In this document: positions 28,462 through 37,109 of the stretch, piece after piece | Layout of the letters: each line of letters begins with the position of its first letter | Numbering within the stretch: the first letter of the stretch is position 1 | Assembly (NCBI GenBank): GCA_029855935.1 | Contig: JAGSHN010000019.1 | Span: 32,001-96,000, forward strand | Length of the DNA: 64,000 bases | Reading direction: 5' to 3' | Source: Candidatus Thorarchaeota archaeon | Lineage (GTDB): Archaea > Asgardarchaeota > Thorarchaeia > Thorarchaeales > Thorarchaeaceae | Notes under the pieces: model-generated | Database searches by the model: none | What the model was told of the DNA's origin: nothing | The model's input: the letters and a program-made list of their open reading frames with translations, nothing else | Made by a program: the position numbers and the translations under genes

Positions 28462-29544
28462 TCACTCGATATCGTACTCTGCGTCCGACAGTAGACCCAC
28501 ATTTCCCACTCGGACGTTTGTCAGACCCGCCTCTCTTGCCACCTCGGCGGCTCTTCTTGCGTGCCTTCTGCTGGTCCTTGGAAGATCTGTCATATGGTGG
28601 TGTGGGGTGAAGCCCAGCAGGGCTGTAGGAATGGTTGGATCGCAGGATGCAATGAACTGGCACAGCTGGCGGACCTCGTGAAGACCGACGTAGCCCGGCA
28701 CAAGCAGAATACTGGCCACTAGAAACTCGCCATCCCTGTTCCTTCCTCTTCCGGCGAGCGTTCTGAAGTTCTTGAGGACCAAGTCATTTCTGACGCCTGT
28801 GAGGGCGGTGTATATCTGCGGGGAGAATGCCTTGAGGTCGAACTTGATGGTCCCTCCAGTAGACTCCACCATATCTGCGATTCTGTCGAGCCACTTGAAG
28901 GAGATGTTTCCATTGGTCTCGTAGCAGACCCGGACGAGTCGCTCCTCGTTTAGGAGGCGGGCGGTCTCCAGTGAGTGGGCTGCGTTGCACGCAGGGTCGC
29001 CCCCAAAGAAGCAGACGCAGGCTGTGGCGGTGTCTGACACAGCGGCCAGTCCAGCAGCGGTCATCCGAGGTCGCCCTGTGACCATCATCTCCTTGTACGA
29101 CTCGTTCTGACAGAAGAGGCAGTCGGAGTTGCACGAGCCGTAGAAGACTGCCAGATTCTTGAGACGTCTTCCATCGCGCGACAGCCCGCTCTTAGTAGTG
29201 ACAGGGCACACCCAGTCGGCGACGCAATTTGTCGGGAGCGGGTCAAAGTACCATGAGACAATGGCCTCATCTGGATATCTCTCGACAACTCTTCCATCAC
29301 GTACCGTGAAGGAACCGCAGAAGCCAATCTCTCCCTCACTCAGCCTACAATGGTTACCGCACTCAGGACAGACATACTGCCCATCTGTCGGAGGCCTCGG
29401 AATCAGCCCCGCACGGGCCCGAAGGCTGGCGTGTGTGTCCACTGCTGTATTGACGAGGGTGCTGTCCTCTCTGTAGCACGCCCCACATCGTCCGAGGACG
29501 GATGCCGCCAGCGCCTCACGGTCCGGGTGCGCTGCACAGAACAT
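28462..29544 (-). CDS. Radical SAM protein, PFL-activating-enzyme family
   Basis: CNSDCLFCQN (CxxxCxxC), FGGDP, ETNG, FDLK; extra N-terminal Cys clusters. Confidence 0.88.
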   Translation of the reverse strand: MFCAAHPDREALAASVLGRCGACYREDSTLVNTAVDTHASLRARAGLIPRPPTDGQYVCPECGNHCRLSEGEIGFCGSFTVRDGRVVERYPDEAIVSWYFDPLPTNCVADWVCPVTTKSGLSRDGRRLKNLAVFYGSCNSDCLFCQNESYKEMMVTGRPRMTAAGLAAVSDTATACVCFFGGDPACNAAHSLETARLLNEERLVRVCYETNGNISFKWLDRIADMVESTGGTIKFDLKAFSPQIYTALTGVRNDLVLKNFRTLAGRGRNRDGEFLVASILLVPGYVGLHEVRQLCQFIASCDPTIPTALLGFTPHHHMTDLPRTSRRHARRAAEVAREAGLTNVRVGNVGLLSDAEYDIE

Positions 29545-29703
29545 AGTGGGCTCTGTATGCCCGGAAGCAATCTAATGTTTTGCCCTGTTCTAGGCCACTT
29601 CTTGGTGCCCCCTCCAGACGCTCAGACCGACAACGTGTCTTGCCCTTTGGTAATGGATTTAAGGCCGGAAGCAGAGTTGACCAGAGCAGTCGGTGGAACA
29701 ACA

Positions 29704-30291
29704 TTGACGAGCCCTGAAACAGAGTCGGCAGTCATCATCGATGAGCCTGACACCTCGTTTGTCGAGATGATAAAGCGCACAGGTGGTCCGAACGTCCAGA
29801 ACTGTTTTCAGTGCGGCACATGTAGCGGGAGCTGCCCCGCTGGGGCCCGGACGAACTATCTGGTCCGTCTGATCATAAGGAAAGCGCTGCTGGGCCTCAA
29901 AGAGGAGGTCATCTCGGCGCCAGAGCTGTGGTACTGTACCACGTGTTACACGTGTCAGGACCGCTGTCCTCAGGAGGTCAATCCGACGGACGTGATCAAG
30001 GCCATCCGCAACATTGCCGTGGCCGAGGGTTATATGCTGGACAATCACAGAAAGACCGCCGCAAAGGTCGTCGATGCTGGTCATGCTGTCCCCCTCGACA
30101 AGGACACCTGGAGAAAGCTTCGCGAGTCGGTCGGGCTTGAGCCAGTCCCGCCGAACGCCAGCGGCAATCCTTGGGCCATAGAGGAGATACGCAAGATCAC
30201 GAGAAAGAGTGGCTTCGACTCACTCATCGGCTATGAGGAGATGCGTCGGGCTGCGGAGGAGAAGGCTCGCCAGAAGGCCAAGAAGGGGTGA
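29704..30291 (+). CDS. hdrC: Heterodisulfide reductase subunit C
   Basis: TTG behind GGTGG; CFQCGTCSGSCP, WYCTTCYTCQDRCP. Confidence 0.92.
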   Translation: MTSPETESAVIIDEPDTSFVEMIKRTGGPNVQNCFQCGTCSGSCPAGARTNYLVRLIIRKALLGLKEEVISAPELWYCTTCYTCQDRCPQEVNPTDVIKAIRNIAVAEGYMLDNHRKTAAKVVDAGHAVPLDKDTWRKLRESVGLEPVPPNASGNPWAIEEIRKITRKSGFDSLIGYEEMRRAAEEKARQKAKKG

Positions 30292-30299
30292 TTTCACGG

Positions 30300-31214
30300 A
30301 TGGCACGGCCCAAATTCTATCACTTCTTGGGATGCATCATCCCGCACAGATATCCCAGCATCGAGAGAGCTGCGAGGCTCGTCTTTGAGGACCTCGGTGT
30401 CGAGCTTCTCGATATGGTGGGCGCGACGTGCTGTCCCGCCCCGGGTGTGTTCGGCTCTTTCGACCGCGTGACGTGGGCCAGCATTGCAGCGCGCAATCTC
30501 ACCATTGCTGAGGCTGGTGGTCATCCGATCACTACTGGCTGCAACGGCTGTTTCGCGAGCCTTTGGGACGCGAACCATGAACTGCACGTGGACGAGGAGC
30601 TTCGGAAGAGGGTCAACGAGAACCTTGCCGAGATTGGACGCGAGTTCAAAGGCACTATTGAGGTCACCCACTATGTCGATGTGCTTGTGAACACCGTGGG
30701 TCTGGATGAGGTGCGCCGACACGTGGTCCGTCCCCTTGAGGGTGTCAGGATGGCACTTCATCCCGGTTGTCACTGGATGCGTCCGCGCGCACTGAAGAAG
30801 AAGGACAATTCTGAGCGACCACGCATATTTCGCGAGCTCTGCGAGACCTCGGGCGCTGAGTACGTTCCCTACAAGGACGAACTGATATGCTGTGGCGCAG
30901 GTGGTGCCGTAAGGACCGCGGATCTCAAGGTGTCACTTGACTTTACAAAGCAGAAGTTCGAGAGCATAGAGGAGGCGGGTGGCGCCGACATAATCGTCAC
31001 GCCTTGCCCGTTCTGCGAACTTCAACTCGACCTAGGCCAAGTCGAGATTCAGAAGAACTTCGGAGTGGAGTTCACATACGATGTTCTTCACGTGATGGAG
31101 CTTCTTGCTCTCGCGTTCGGTCATGAGCCCGGTGAGTTTGGACTGAAGACGCACCTGCAGTATCTGCAGCGGAAGTCGGAGCCACGCTGGGAGCGTCTGG
31201 GTGTCAAGGCGTAA
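30300..31214 (+). CDS. hdrB: Heterodisulfide reductase subunit B
   Basis: FLGC, TCCPAPG, GCNGC, HPGCH, CCGAGG, CPFC. Confidence 0.93.
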   Translation: MARPKFYHFLGCIIPHRYPSIERAARLVFEDLGVELLDMVGATCCPAPGVFGSFDRVTWASIAARNLTIAEAGGHPITTGCNGCFASLWDANHELHVDEELRKRVNENLAEIGREFKGTIEVTHYVDVLVNTVGLDEVRRHVVRPLEGVRMALHPGCHWMRPRALKKKDNSERPRIFRELCETSGAEYVPYKDELICCGAGGAVRTADLKVSLDFTKQKFESIEEAGGADIIVTPCPFCELQLDLGQVEIQKNFGVEFTYDVLHVMELLALAFGHEPGEFGLKTHLQYLQRKSEPRWERLGVKA

Positions 31215-31226
31215 TAAATGCGTAGA

Positions 31227-31405
31227 GAGGCAGAGTCTCGACCCTGGGGCCTACCTCTCTGCCTCACCTCAGGTAATCACTCGGTGTCAGTCGCTATCAG
31301 GCGATGACTGAGTCTGCACCTCCACTCGTGCAAGATCTGTCTCCTCCTCGTAGGTCCGGCCATTGGACCTACACCGAGAGAGATACGCACGCGTATACCT
31401 TCTCG
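31227..31405. ncRNA. Candidate structured RNA (multi-stem element) between hdrB and hdrA
   Basis: Several perfect stems of 5-9 bp, including a multibranch fold closed by CTCGGT/ACCGAG; no family recognised. Confidence 0.35.
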
Positions 31406-31603
31406 TCGCTCTCATCTGTCTGCGTCCCAACAGGTATTCTTGACCTCATCATATAGAAATCCTTCGGACTCGAAAGGCCTGTCTAGTCTTTGTCACACTG
31501 CTCTGATGATGTGTCACAGGACCTCAGACGCACGGCGCGACAACTAACCTTTTATCGTGCAAATTCGACCACTGAGGCTATCACGGACGGAGTGACCTCA
31601 GAT

Positions 31604-34600
31604 ATGGCGGCGACTGCAACCAAGCCGGTCGTTGTGATCGGCGCAGGGATTGCTGGCATCAGAGCAGCGCTCGACCTTGCGGACACAGGCATCAAGGTCT
31701 ATCTTGTGGAGCGAAATCCGTCGATTGGCGGCCACATGTCACAGCTTGACAAGACCTTTCCGACCCTTGACTGCAGCATGTGTATAATGGGTCCGTGGAT
31801 GGTCGACTGTTCACGGCACCCCAATATCGAGATACTCTCCTATTCCGAGGTCGTCGAGGTATCTGGTCAGCGTGGTGACTTCAAGGTCCGCGTGCTGAGG
31901 CACAATCGTCGTGTGGACCCTGACAGGTGCACTGGCTGCGGCGACTGTCAGCGAGTCTGTCCAATCGAGGTGCCAAACGAGTACGACCTTGGCCTAAAGA
32001 TGCGAAAGGCCGCCTACATCCCCTTTGCCCAAGCAGTCCCGAATGTCGCGACCATTGACATTGACAATTGTATACAGTGCATGATGTGCGTCAAGACCTG
32101 CAAGGCTGACGCCATAGACTTTGATATGAAAGACGAGGAGATGGAGATTGAGGCGGCGTCCATAATTGTCAGTACAGGATACGAGCTACTTGATCCGGCC
32201 ACTGTGCCTGAGTATGGTTATGGCCGTTTTGCCAACGTGGTCACTGCGCTTGAGTATGAACGGATGGTCTCGGCCAGTGGTCCCACAGGCGGTGTTGTGG
32301 TACGTCCGTCCGATGGACGGGAGCCACACACGATTGCGTTTGTCCAGTGTGTTGGGTCAAGAGATGTTAATCACTGCTCTTACTGTTCGAGAATCTGCTG
32401 CACGTACGCGACGAAGGAGGCGATAATCACCAAGGAGCACACTCCTGAGGTGCATATCGACATAATGTACAACGACCTCCGCGCTTTCGGAAAGGGCTTC
32501 GAAGAGTTCTTGGTCCGTGGAAAGAGAGACTACGGTATCAACTACGTGAAAGGACTTCCGAGTGAGATACTTGAGGACCCGGAAACGCGTGACCTGATTG
32601 TGCGTCACGTTGATGCAACAGGTCGCAAGGTCGTGGCAGAACGATATGACCTCGTCGTGCTATGTCCCGCAATAGTTCCAACGGACAATCAAGAGCTGTT
32701 TGACAGGCTTGGCGTGAAGGTGGACGCCAACGGCTTCGTCACAGTTCCTGACTCCTCCATCGAGACAGTGGGTACGACCGTTCCCGGAATCTATGTGGCT
32801 GGTGCCACAGAGGCCCCTAAGGACATTCCGGACTCTGTTGCGCACGCAAGCGCCGCGGCCGCCCTGTCCATCCTCGACAACTCGCTCCCGCCGCCGACGA
32901 CTACTACCGAGTCTGTCCCCGCCAAGGCAGAGGAGGCCGTTGCAGACCCGCGAATTGGGGTGTTCGTGTGTTCGTGTGGGATAAACATCGCTGGTGTCGT
33001 GGATGTTGCTGATGTCACTCAGTACGCCTCCACCCTGCCGAACGTTGTGTACTCAGAGAACCTGCTCTATGCGTGTTCGTCGGACTCGCAAGAGGTGATC
33101 AAGGAGGCAATCAAGGAGCACGGTCTGACACGTGTCATTGTCGCGTCGTGTACACCACGGACGCATGAGCCGCTCTTCCGGGCGACGGTCGAGGAGGCTG
33201 GTCTGAACAAATACCTATTCGAGATGGCAAACATCCGGGAACACTGCTCGTGGATTCATCAGAGCGCCAAGGACGAGGCGACTGAGAAGGCCAAAGACCT
33301 TGTCAGGATGGCCGTGGCTCGGGCACAGCTCCTAGAGCCTCAGGAGGAGGCCACGACCCCCGTGGAGGGCGCAGCCCTCATCATCGGTGCAGGTGTCACC
33401 GGGATGTCCGCTGCGGAGCTCATTGCGGAGAAGGGCTTCAAGGTCTACCTTGTCGACAAGAGTGAGCGTGTGGGAGGACTCCTCAATCATCTGGCCACTG
33501 TGAACTTCGACTATACTCCCTCAACAGAGATAATCAGTTCCCTGCAGCAGAGGGTGGTCGACAATCCGAACATAGAGATTCTGCTGGGCTCTGAGGTCGT
33601 AGACAATCGAGGCTCGGTCGGAGACTTCAACGTCACAATCCGTACCCCCAATGGCCTGCGCGACCTCAAGGTGGGCGTTGTGATAATCGCCACCGGTGCC
33701 GTGCCACTCGATGAGAAGGGTCTCTTTGGTCTTCACGAGCTGCCGGGTGTGATGACAGAGGTCGACCTGAGCCAGAAGATCGCCTCCGGCGAGGACATCA
33801 AGGATGGCGATACGTTTGCGGTCATTCATTGCGCCGGGTCTCGCGAGGACGAGTCGATAGAGGGGGCAAGGACATGGTGTTCCTCCATCTGCTGTACAGT
33901 GGCGCTGGAACATACGCTTGAGCTACTGGAGAAGTATCCCAACTCGCGGGTGTTCCACTTCTATCGTGACCTCAGGGTGTCATACGACGGCGAGGACAAG
34001 TACCGCGAGGCACGGAAGAAGGGCGTCATCTTCATGAGATACGACAGGGATGACCCTCCCGTCGTCACTGAGGGCAAGGAGCGGAGGCTGCGTGTCGAGG
34101 CCTTTGACCTCCTGCTGGGAGCCCGTGTCGGTGTGGAGGTTGACCATGTAGTTCTCGCCACAGCGATGATACCCCCCTCTGGCAACAAGCAGGTATCGGA
34201 GCTGTTCAAGACCCCACTCAATACCTCAGGATTCTTCATGGAGGCCCATCCGAAGCTACGCCCTGTCGACTCTCAGACGGATGGCATCTTCGTGGCAGGA
34301 ACAGCAACGGCACCAAAGCGCATCCACGAGAGTATCATCCAGGGTCGGGCGGCGGCCGCCCGGGCGCTTGTACCTCTGGTGAACGGCGTGCGCAAAGCCG
34401 AGGCGATAGTGTCGGTGGTCGACCCCGACATCTGTGTCGGCTGTGGAACCTGTGAGATCAACTGCGCCTTTGGTGCCATCGAGGTCGTTCCCGGTCAGGG
34501 TGGTCATGACTATGCTGTGTCGAATCCGGTACTGTGTCAGGGCTGCGGGAAGTGTGCCGCTGGCTGTCCGGCTGGCGCCATCACAATGAAACACTTCACC

Positions 34601-35062
34601 GATGACCAGATCTTCGCTCAGATGCGCGCGGCCATCGAGGACATCCCTCCGACTGAACTGAGAATTCTCACCATTGTCTGTAACTGGTGCAGCTATGCAG
34701 GGGCGGACAGTGCGGGTGTGGCACGACTTCAGCAGCCCCCCTCCGTACGCGACATCCGTGTGATGTGCACTGGTAGGATAAGCGTCACACATCTTCTTGA
34801 GGCCTTCCGGTTGGGTGCCGATATGGTCTGGGTCTCCGGTTGTCATGTTGGCGACTGCCACTACGTTGATGGAAACTTGGCCTTTGACAGGCGATTCAGG
34901 ATCGCACGAAAGATACTCGAGAAGGCCGGTCTGGAGCCCGAGAGGCTCCAGTTCACGCACATCAGCGCAAGTGAGGGTGCGGCGTGGGCCGATGCTGTCC
35001 GTAGGATGACGGAGCTGGTGGAACGACTTGGGCCGAGCCCGTTACGTCGGAGAGGCGGATGA
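31604..35062 (+). CDS. hdrA: Internally duplicated HdrA fused to MvhD
   Basis: GAGIAG, LDKTFPTLDC, ferredoxin, EYERM..GPTGG, IGVFVCSCG, second GAGVTG, C-terminal ferredoxin, MvhD CNWCSY..MCTGR..GCH.GDCHY. Confidence 0.93.
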   Translation: MAATATKPVVVIGAGIAGIRAALDLADTGIKVYLVERNPSIGGHMSQLDKTFPTLDCSMCIMGPWMVDCSRHPNIEILSYSEVVEVSGQRGDFKVRVLRHNRRVDPDRCTGCGDCQRVCPIEVPNEYDLGLKMRKAAYIPFAQAVPNVATIDIDNCIQCMMCVKTCKADAIDFDMKDEEMEIEAASIIVSTGYELLDPATVPEYGYGRFANVVTALEYERMVSASGPTGGVVVRPSDGREPHTIAFVQCVGSRDVNHCSYCSRICCTYATKEAIITKEHTPEVHIDIMYNDLRAFGKGFEEFLVRGKRDYGINYVKGLPSEILEDPETRDLIVRHVDATGRKVVAERYDLVVLCPAIVPTDNQELFDRLGVKVDANGFVTVPDSSIETVGTTVPGIYVAGATEAPKDIPDSVAHASAAAALSILDNSLPPPTTTTESVPAKAEEAVADPRIGVFVCSCGINIAGVVDVADVTQYASTLPNVVYSENLLYACSSDSQEVIKEAIKEHGLTRVIVASCTPRTHEPLFRATVEEAGLNKYLFEMANIREHCSWIHQSAKDEATEKAKDLVRMAVARAQLLEPQEEATTPVEGAALIIGAGVTGMSAAELIAEKGFKVYLVDKSERVGGLLNHLATVNFDYTPSTEIISSLQQRVVDNPNIEILLGSEVVDNRGSVGDFNVTIRTPNGLRDLKVGVVIIATGAVPLDEKGLFGLHELPGVMTEVDLSQKIASGEDIKDGDTFAVIHCAGSREDESIEGARTWCSSICCTVALEHTLELLEKYPNSRVFHFYRDLRVSYDGEDKYREARKKGVIFMRYDRDDPPVVTEGKERRLRVEAFDLLLGARVGVEVDHVVLATAMIPPSGNKQVSELFKTPLNTSGFFMEAHPKLRPVDSQTDGIFVAGTATAPKRIHESIIQGRAAAARALVPLVNGVRKAEAIVSVVDPDICVGCGTCEINCAFGAIEVVPGQGGHDYAVSNPVLCQGCGKCAAGCPAGAITMKHFTDDQIFAQMRAAIEDIPPTELRILTIVCNWCSYAGADSAGVARLQQPPSVRDIRVMCTGRISVTHLLEAFRLGADMVWVSGCHVGDCHYVDGNLAFDRRFRIARKILEKAGLEPERLQFTHISASEGAAWADAVRRMTELVERLGPSPLRRRGG

Positions 35063-35075
35063 TGAGGTGACAGAC

Positions 35076-35615
35076 GTGAGCGATGAGACGTGGGGTCAGT
35101 TCAAGACCTTTGAGAACGCGGTCTTTGAGGCCTTTGACAGCGAGTTCACAAGAGAGGCGTCGAGACTCATCGGAGGCCAGGATCTCCAAGCCTGCTTCCA
35201 GTGTACGAAGTGCAGTGCCGGCTGCCCGGTGAGCGACAAGGTCAACGTACAGGTGCACGAGTTGATGCGGATGCTCGTGCTGGGCCTACGGGAGGTCCTT
35301 GAGACGGACATGGTGTGGCTCTGCACGACGTGCTATACCTGCCAGGAGCGGTGTCCTCAGGGCATCCACATCACCGACATAATCTTCGGCCTCAAGAATA
35401 TGGCCTTCAGGCGCGGCATTGCCCCGCCCGGATATCTCGCTGCGCGCGAGGGGCTCTACAACACGGGGCGTCTGTACGAGCCCACAGAGTGGGAACGAGA
35501 GGACCTCGATCTGGATCCGGTCCCGGAGTTCGACATAGATGACATCCAGACACTGTTCGAGGCGACAGGTCTGATGGGCCTCGGGAAGGGGAAGAAGAAG
35601 GCGGGGGGCGAGTGA
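35076..35615 (+). CDS. hdrC: Heterodisulfide reductase subunit C
   Basis: GTG behind GAGGTGA; CFQCTKCSAGCP, WLCTTCYTCQERCP. Confidence 0.9.
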   Translation: MSDETWGQFKTFENAVFEAFDSEFTREASRLIGGQDLQACFQCTKCSAGCPVSDKVNVQVHELMRMLVLGLREVLETDMVWLCTTCYTCQERCPQGIHITDIIFGLKNMAFRRGIAPPGYLAAREGLYNTGRLYEPTEWEREDLDLDPVPEFDIDDIQTLFEATGLMGLGKGKKKAGGE

Positions 35616-35616
35616 G

Positions 35617-36492
35617 ATGGGTGAACAGTACGAGGTATTTCTTGGCTGCGCCATTCCAAGCCGGTTCAACAACTATGAGAGCTCTATGCGAGCTGTTGCA
35701 GAGGCTCTTGACATCGAGCTACTCGACTTTGAGGGCGCCTCGTGTTGTGGGACTGTTGTGCTCAAGTCCATAGACGAAACGAGTTGGCTGGCCCTGTCTG
35801 GCCGGAATCTCGCTCTGGCCGAGAGCCGTGGTCACAACGTCGTGACACCCTGCAACGGGTGCTATGGTTCTCTCAGGGACACGCATCATGTGCTCACCGA
35901 GAACGAGGAGCATCGCAATACAATCAACAAGGTCCTGGGCAAGCTCGGACTGGAGTTCAAGGGATCGGTGCAGGTGCGTCACTTTGTCGAGGTGCTGTAC
36001 GACCTGCGTGATAGAATCAGGGAGAGGATTGTGAGGCCTCTGGAGGGACTACGTATCGCCTTCCATCCGGGTTGCCATCTCATCCGCCCGTCCAATGTCA
36101 CTGGGTTCGACGATCCGGAGCTACCGCGTAAGGTCGATGAGCTGTTAGAACTGACAGGCGCGAAGAGCATATACTGGCCGCTGAAGCTGAGATGCTGTGG
36201 CTCTCCTCTCCTCATTGCGAGTGAGGATGTCGCGATGAGAATACTCCGCGAGAAGATGCAGTCCGCAAAGGACTCCGGTGCCAATTGTGTGGTGACGAAC
36301 TGTCCCGCCTGTCACACACAGTTTGATGTCCAGGCATTGGGCCTGACGAATGAGGCGGGCGAGTCGCTGGAGCTTCCGGCTCTTTTTGTCACGCAGGTGC
36401 TGGGCCTCGCGATGGGTCTCGATCCTGAGCCTCTAGGCCTTGATCTGAACAGGGTCCCGCTCGACCCCATTGCAGATATCCTGGGCATCTGA
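35617..36492 (+). CDS. hdrB: Heterodisulfide reductase subunit B (divergent)
   Basis: FLGC, SCCGT, PCNGC, HPGCH, CCGSP, CPAC. Confidence 0.9.
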   Translation: MGEQYEVFLGCAIPSRFNNYESSMRAVAEALDIELLDFEGASCCGTVVLKSIDETSWLALSGRNLALAESRGHNVVTPCNGCYGSLRDTHHVLTENEEHRNTINKVLGKLGLEFKGSVQVRHFVEVLYDLRDRIRERIVRPLEGLRIAFHPGCHLIRPSNVTGFDDPELPRKVDELLELTGAKSIYWPLKLRCCGSPLLIASEDVAMRILREKMQSAKDSGANCVVTNCPACHTQFDVQALGLTNEAGESLELPALFVTQVLGLAMGLDPEPLGLDLNRVPLDPIADILGI

Positions 36493-36517
36493 GTGGAAAT
36501 CGTCGACGCGTTTCTAT

Positions 36518-37099
36518 TCACTCTGCCGGCTCAGTCTGGAGTTTGCTCTCTCCGTAGAAGAGCTCCCCAATCTGTCTCATTGCATCCCTGACACATTCTC
36601 TCTTCCCACTGACGAGGAGGTGTCTGTCGCCATCAAGGCATATCAGGACCCTGCAGTGCTCGGCGAGTTCGGAGATCACCTCGACGGGTATGTCCTCCGG
36701 GAGACGTATCCTGAAGAATCCCACATCCTTCTCACGGGGCAGCTCCGTGATTGGCGTGGTCGGCTCCTGCTCTGGCAACGGGACCTCACCGTGCAGGGCG
36801 GCGTCAAAGCGCTCCTCCCACGATCTGCGATACTCCACCCCACCGCTCTCCTCGGCCCAGACCATCAGCATCTCGCGCAGTGAGTAGATCTTCTCCTCCA
36901 TCTCAGTCCTCAACTGAGCATCAGCACCCTCTGTGGCACTGATGACATCCCTGTACGATCGCAGGTACTCAATGACCATCTTGCTATTGCGAAGGTCAGC
37001 ATAGGTCAGGCTCGGTATGAAGACGCCTCTCTTCGTGAGCTCGCCCAGTAGGTCGTTGAGAACGACCCAGCACGCGGCGAGCTCCTCTATAGACACCAT
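36518..37099 (-). CDS. DUF2096-like archaeal protein
   Basis: W.VL.DLL.EL...G..IP....DLR N-terminus; directly downstream of hdrA. Confidence 0.65.
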   Translation of the reverse strand: MVSIEELAACWVVLNDLLGELTKRGVFIPSLTYADLRNSKMVIEYLRSYRDVISATEGADAQLRTEMEEKIYSLREMLMVWAEESGGVEYRRSWEERFDAALHGEVPLPEQEPTTPITELPREKDVGFFRIRLPEDIPVEVISELAEHCRVLICLDGDRHLLVSGKRECVRDAMRQIGELFYGESKLQTEPAE

Positions 37100-37109
37100 T
37101 GCTACTCAC

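Noticed and set aside
31280-31378. tRNA, tRNA-Sec or SECIS reading of the cloverleaf
   Set aside because: No GTTCRA T-loop or UCA anticodon loop on either strand; the AUGA lacks a matching GA quartet and apical AA.
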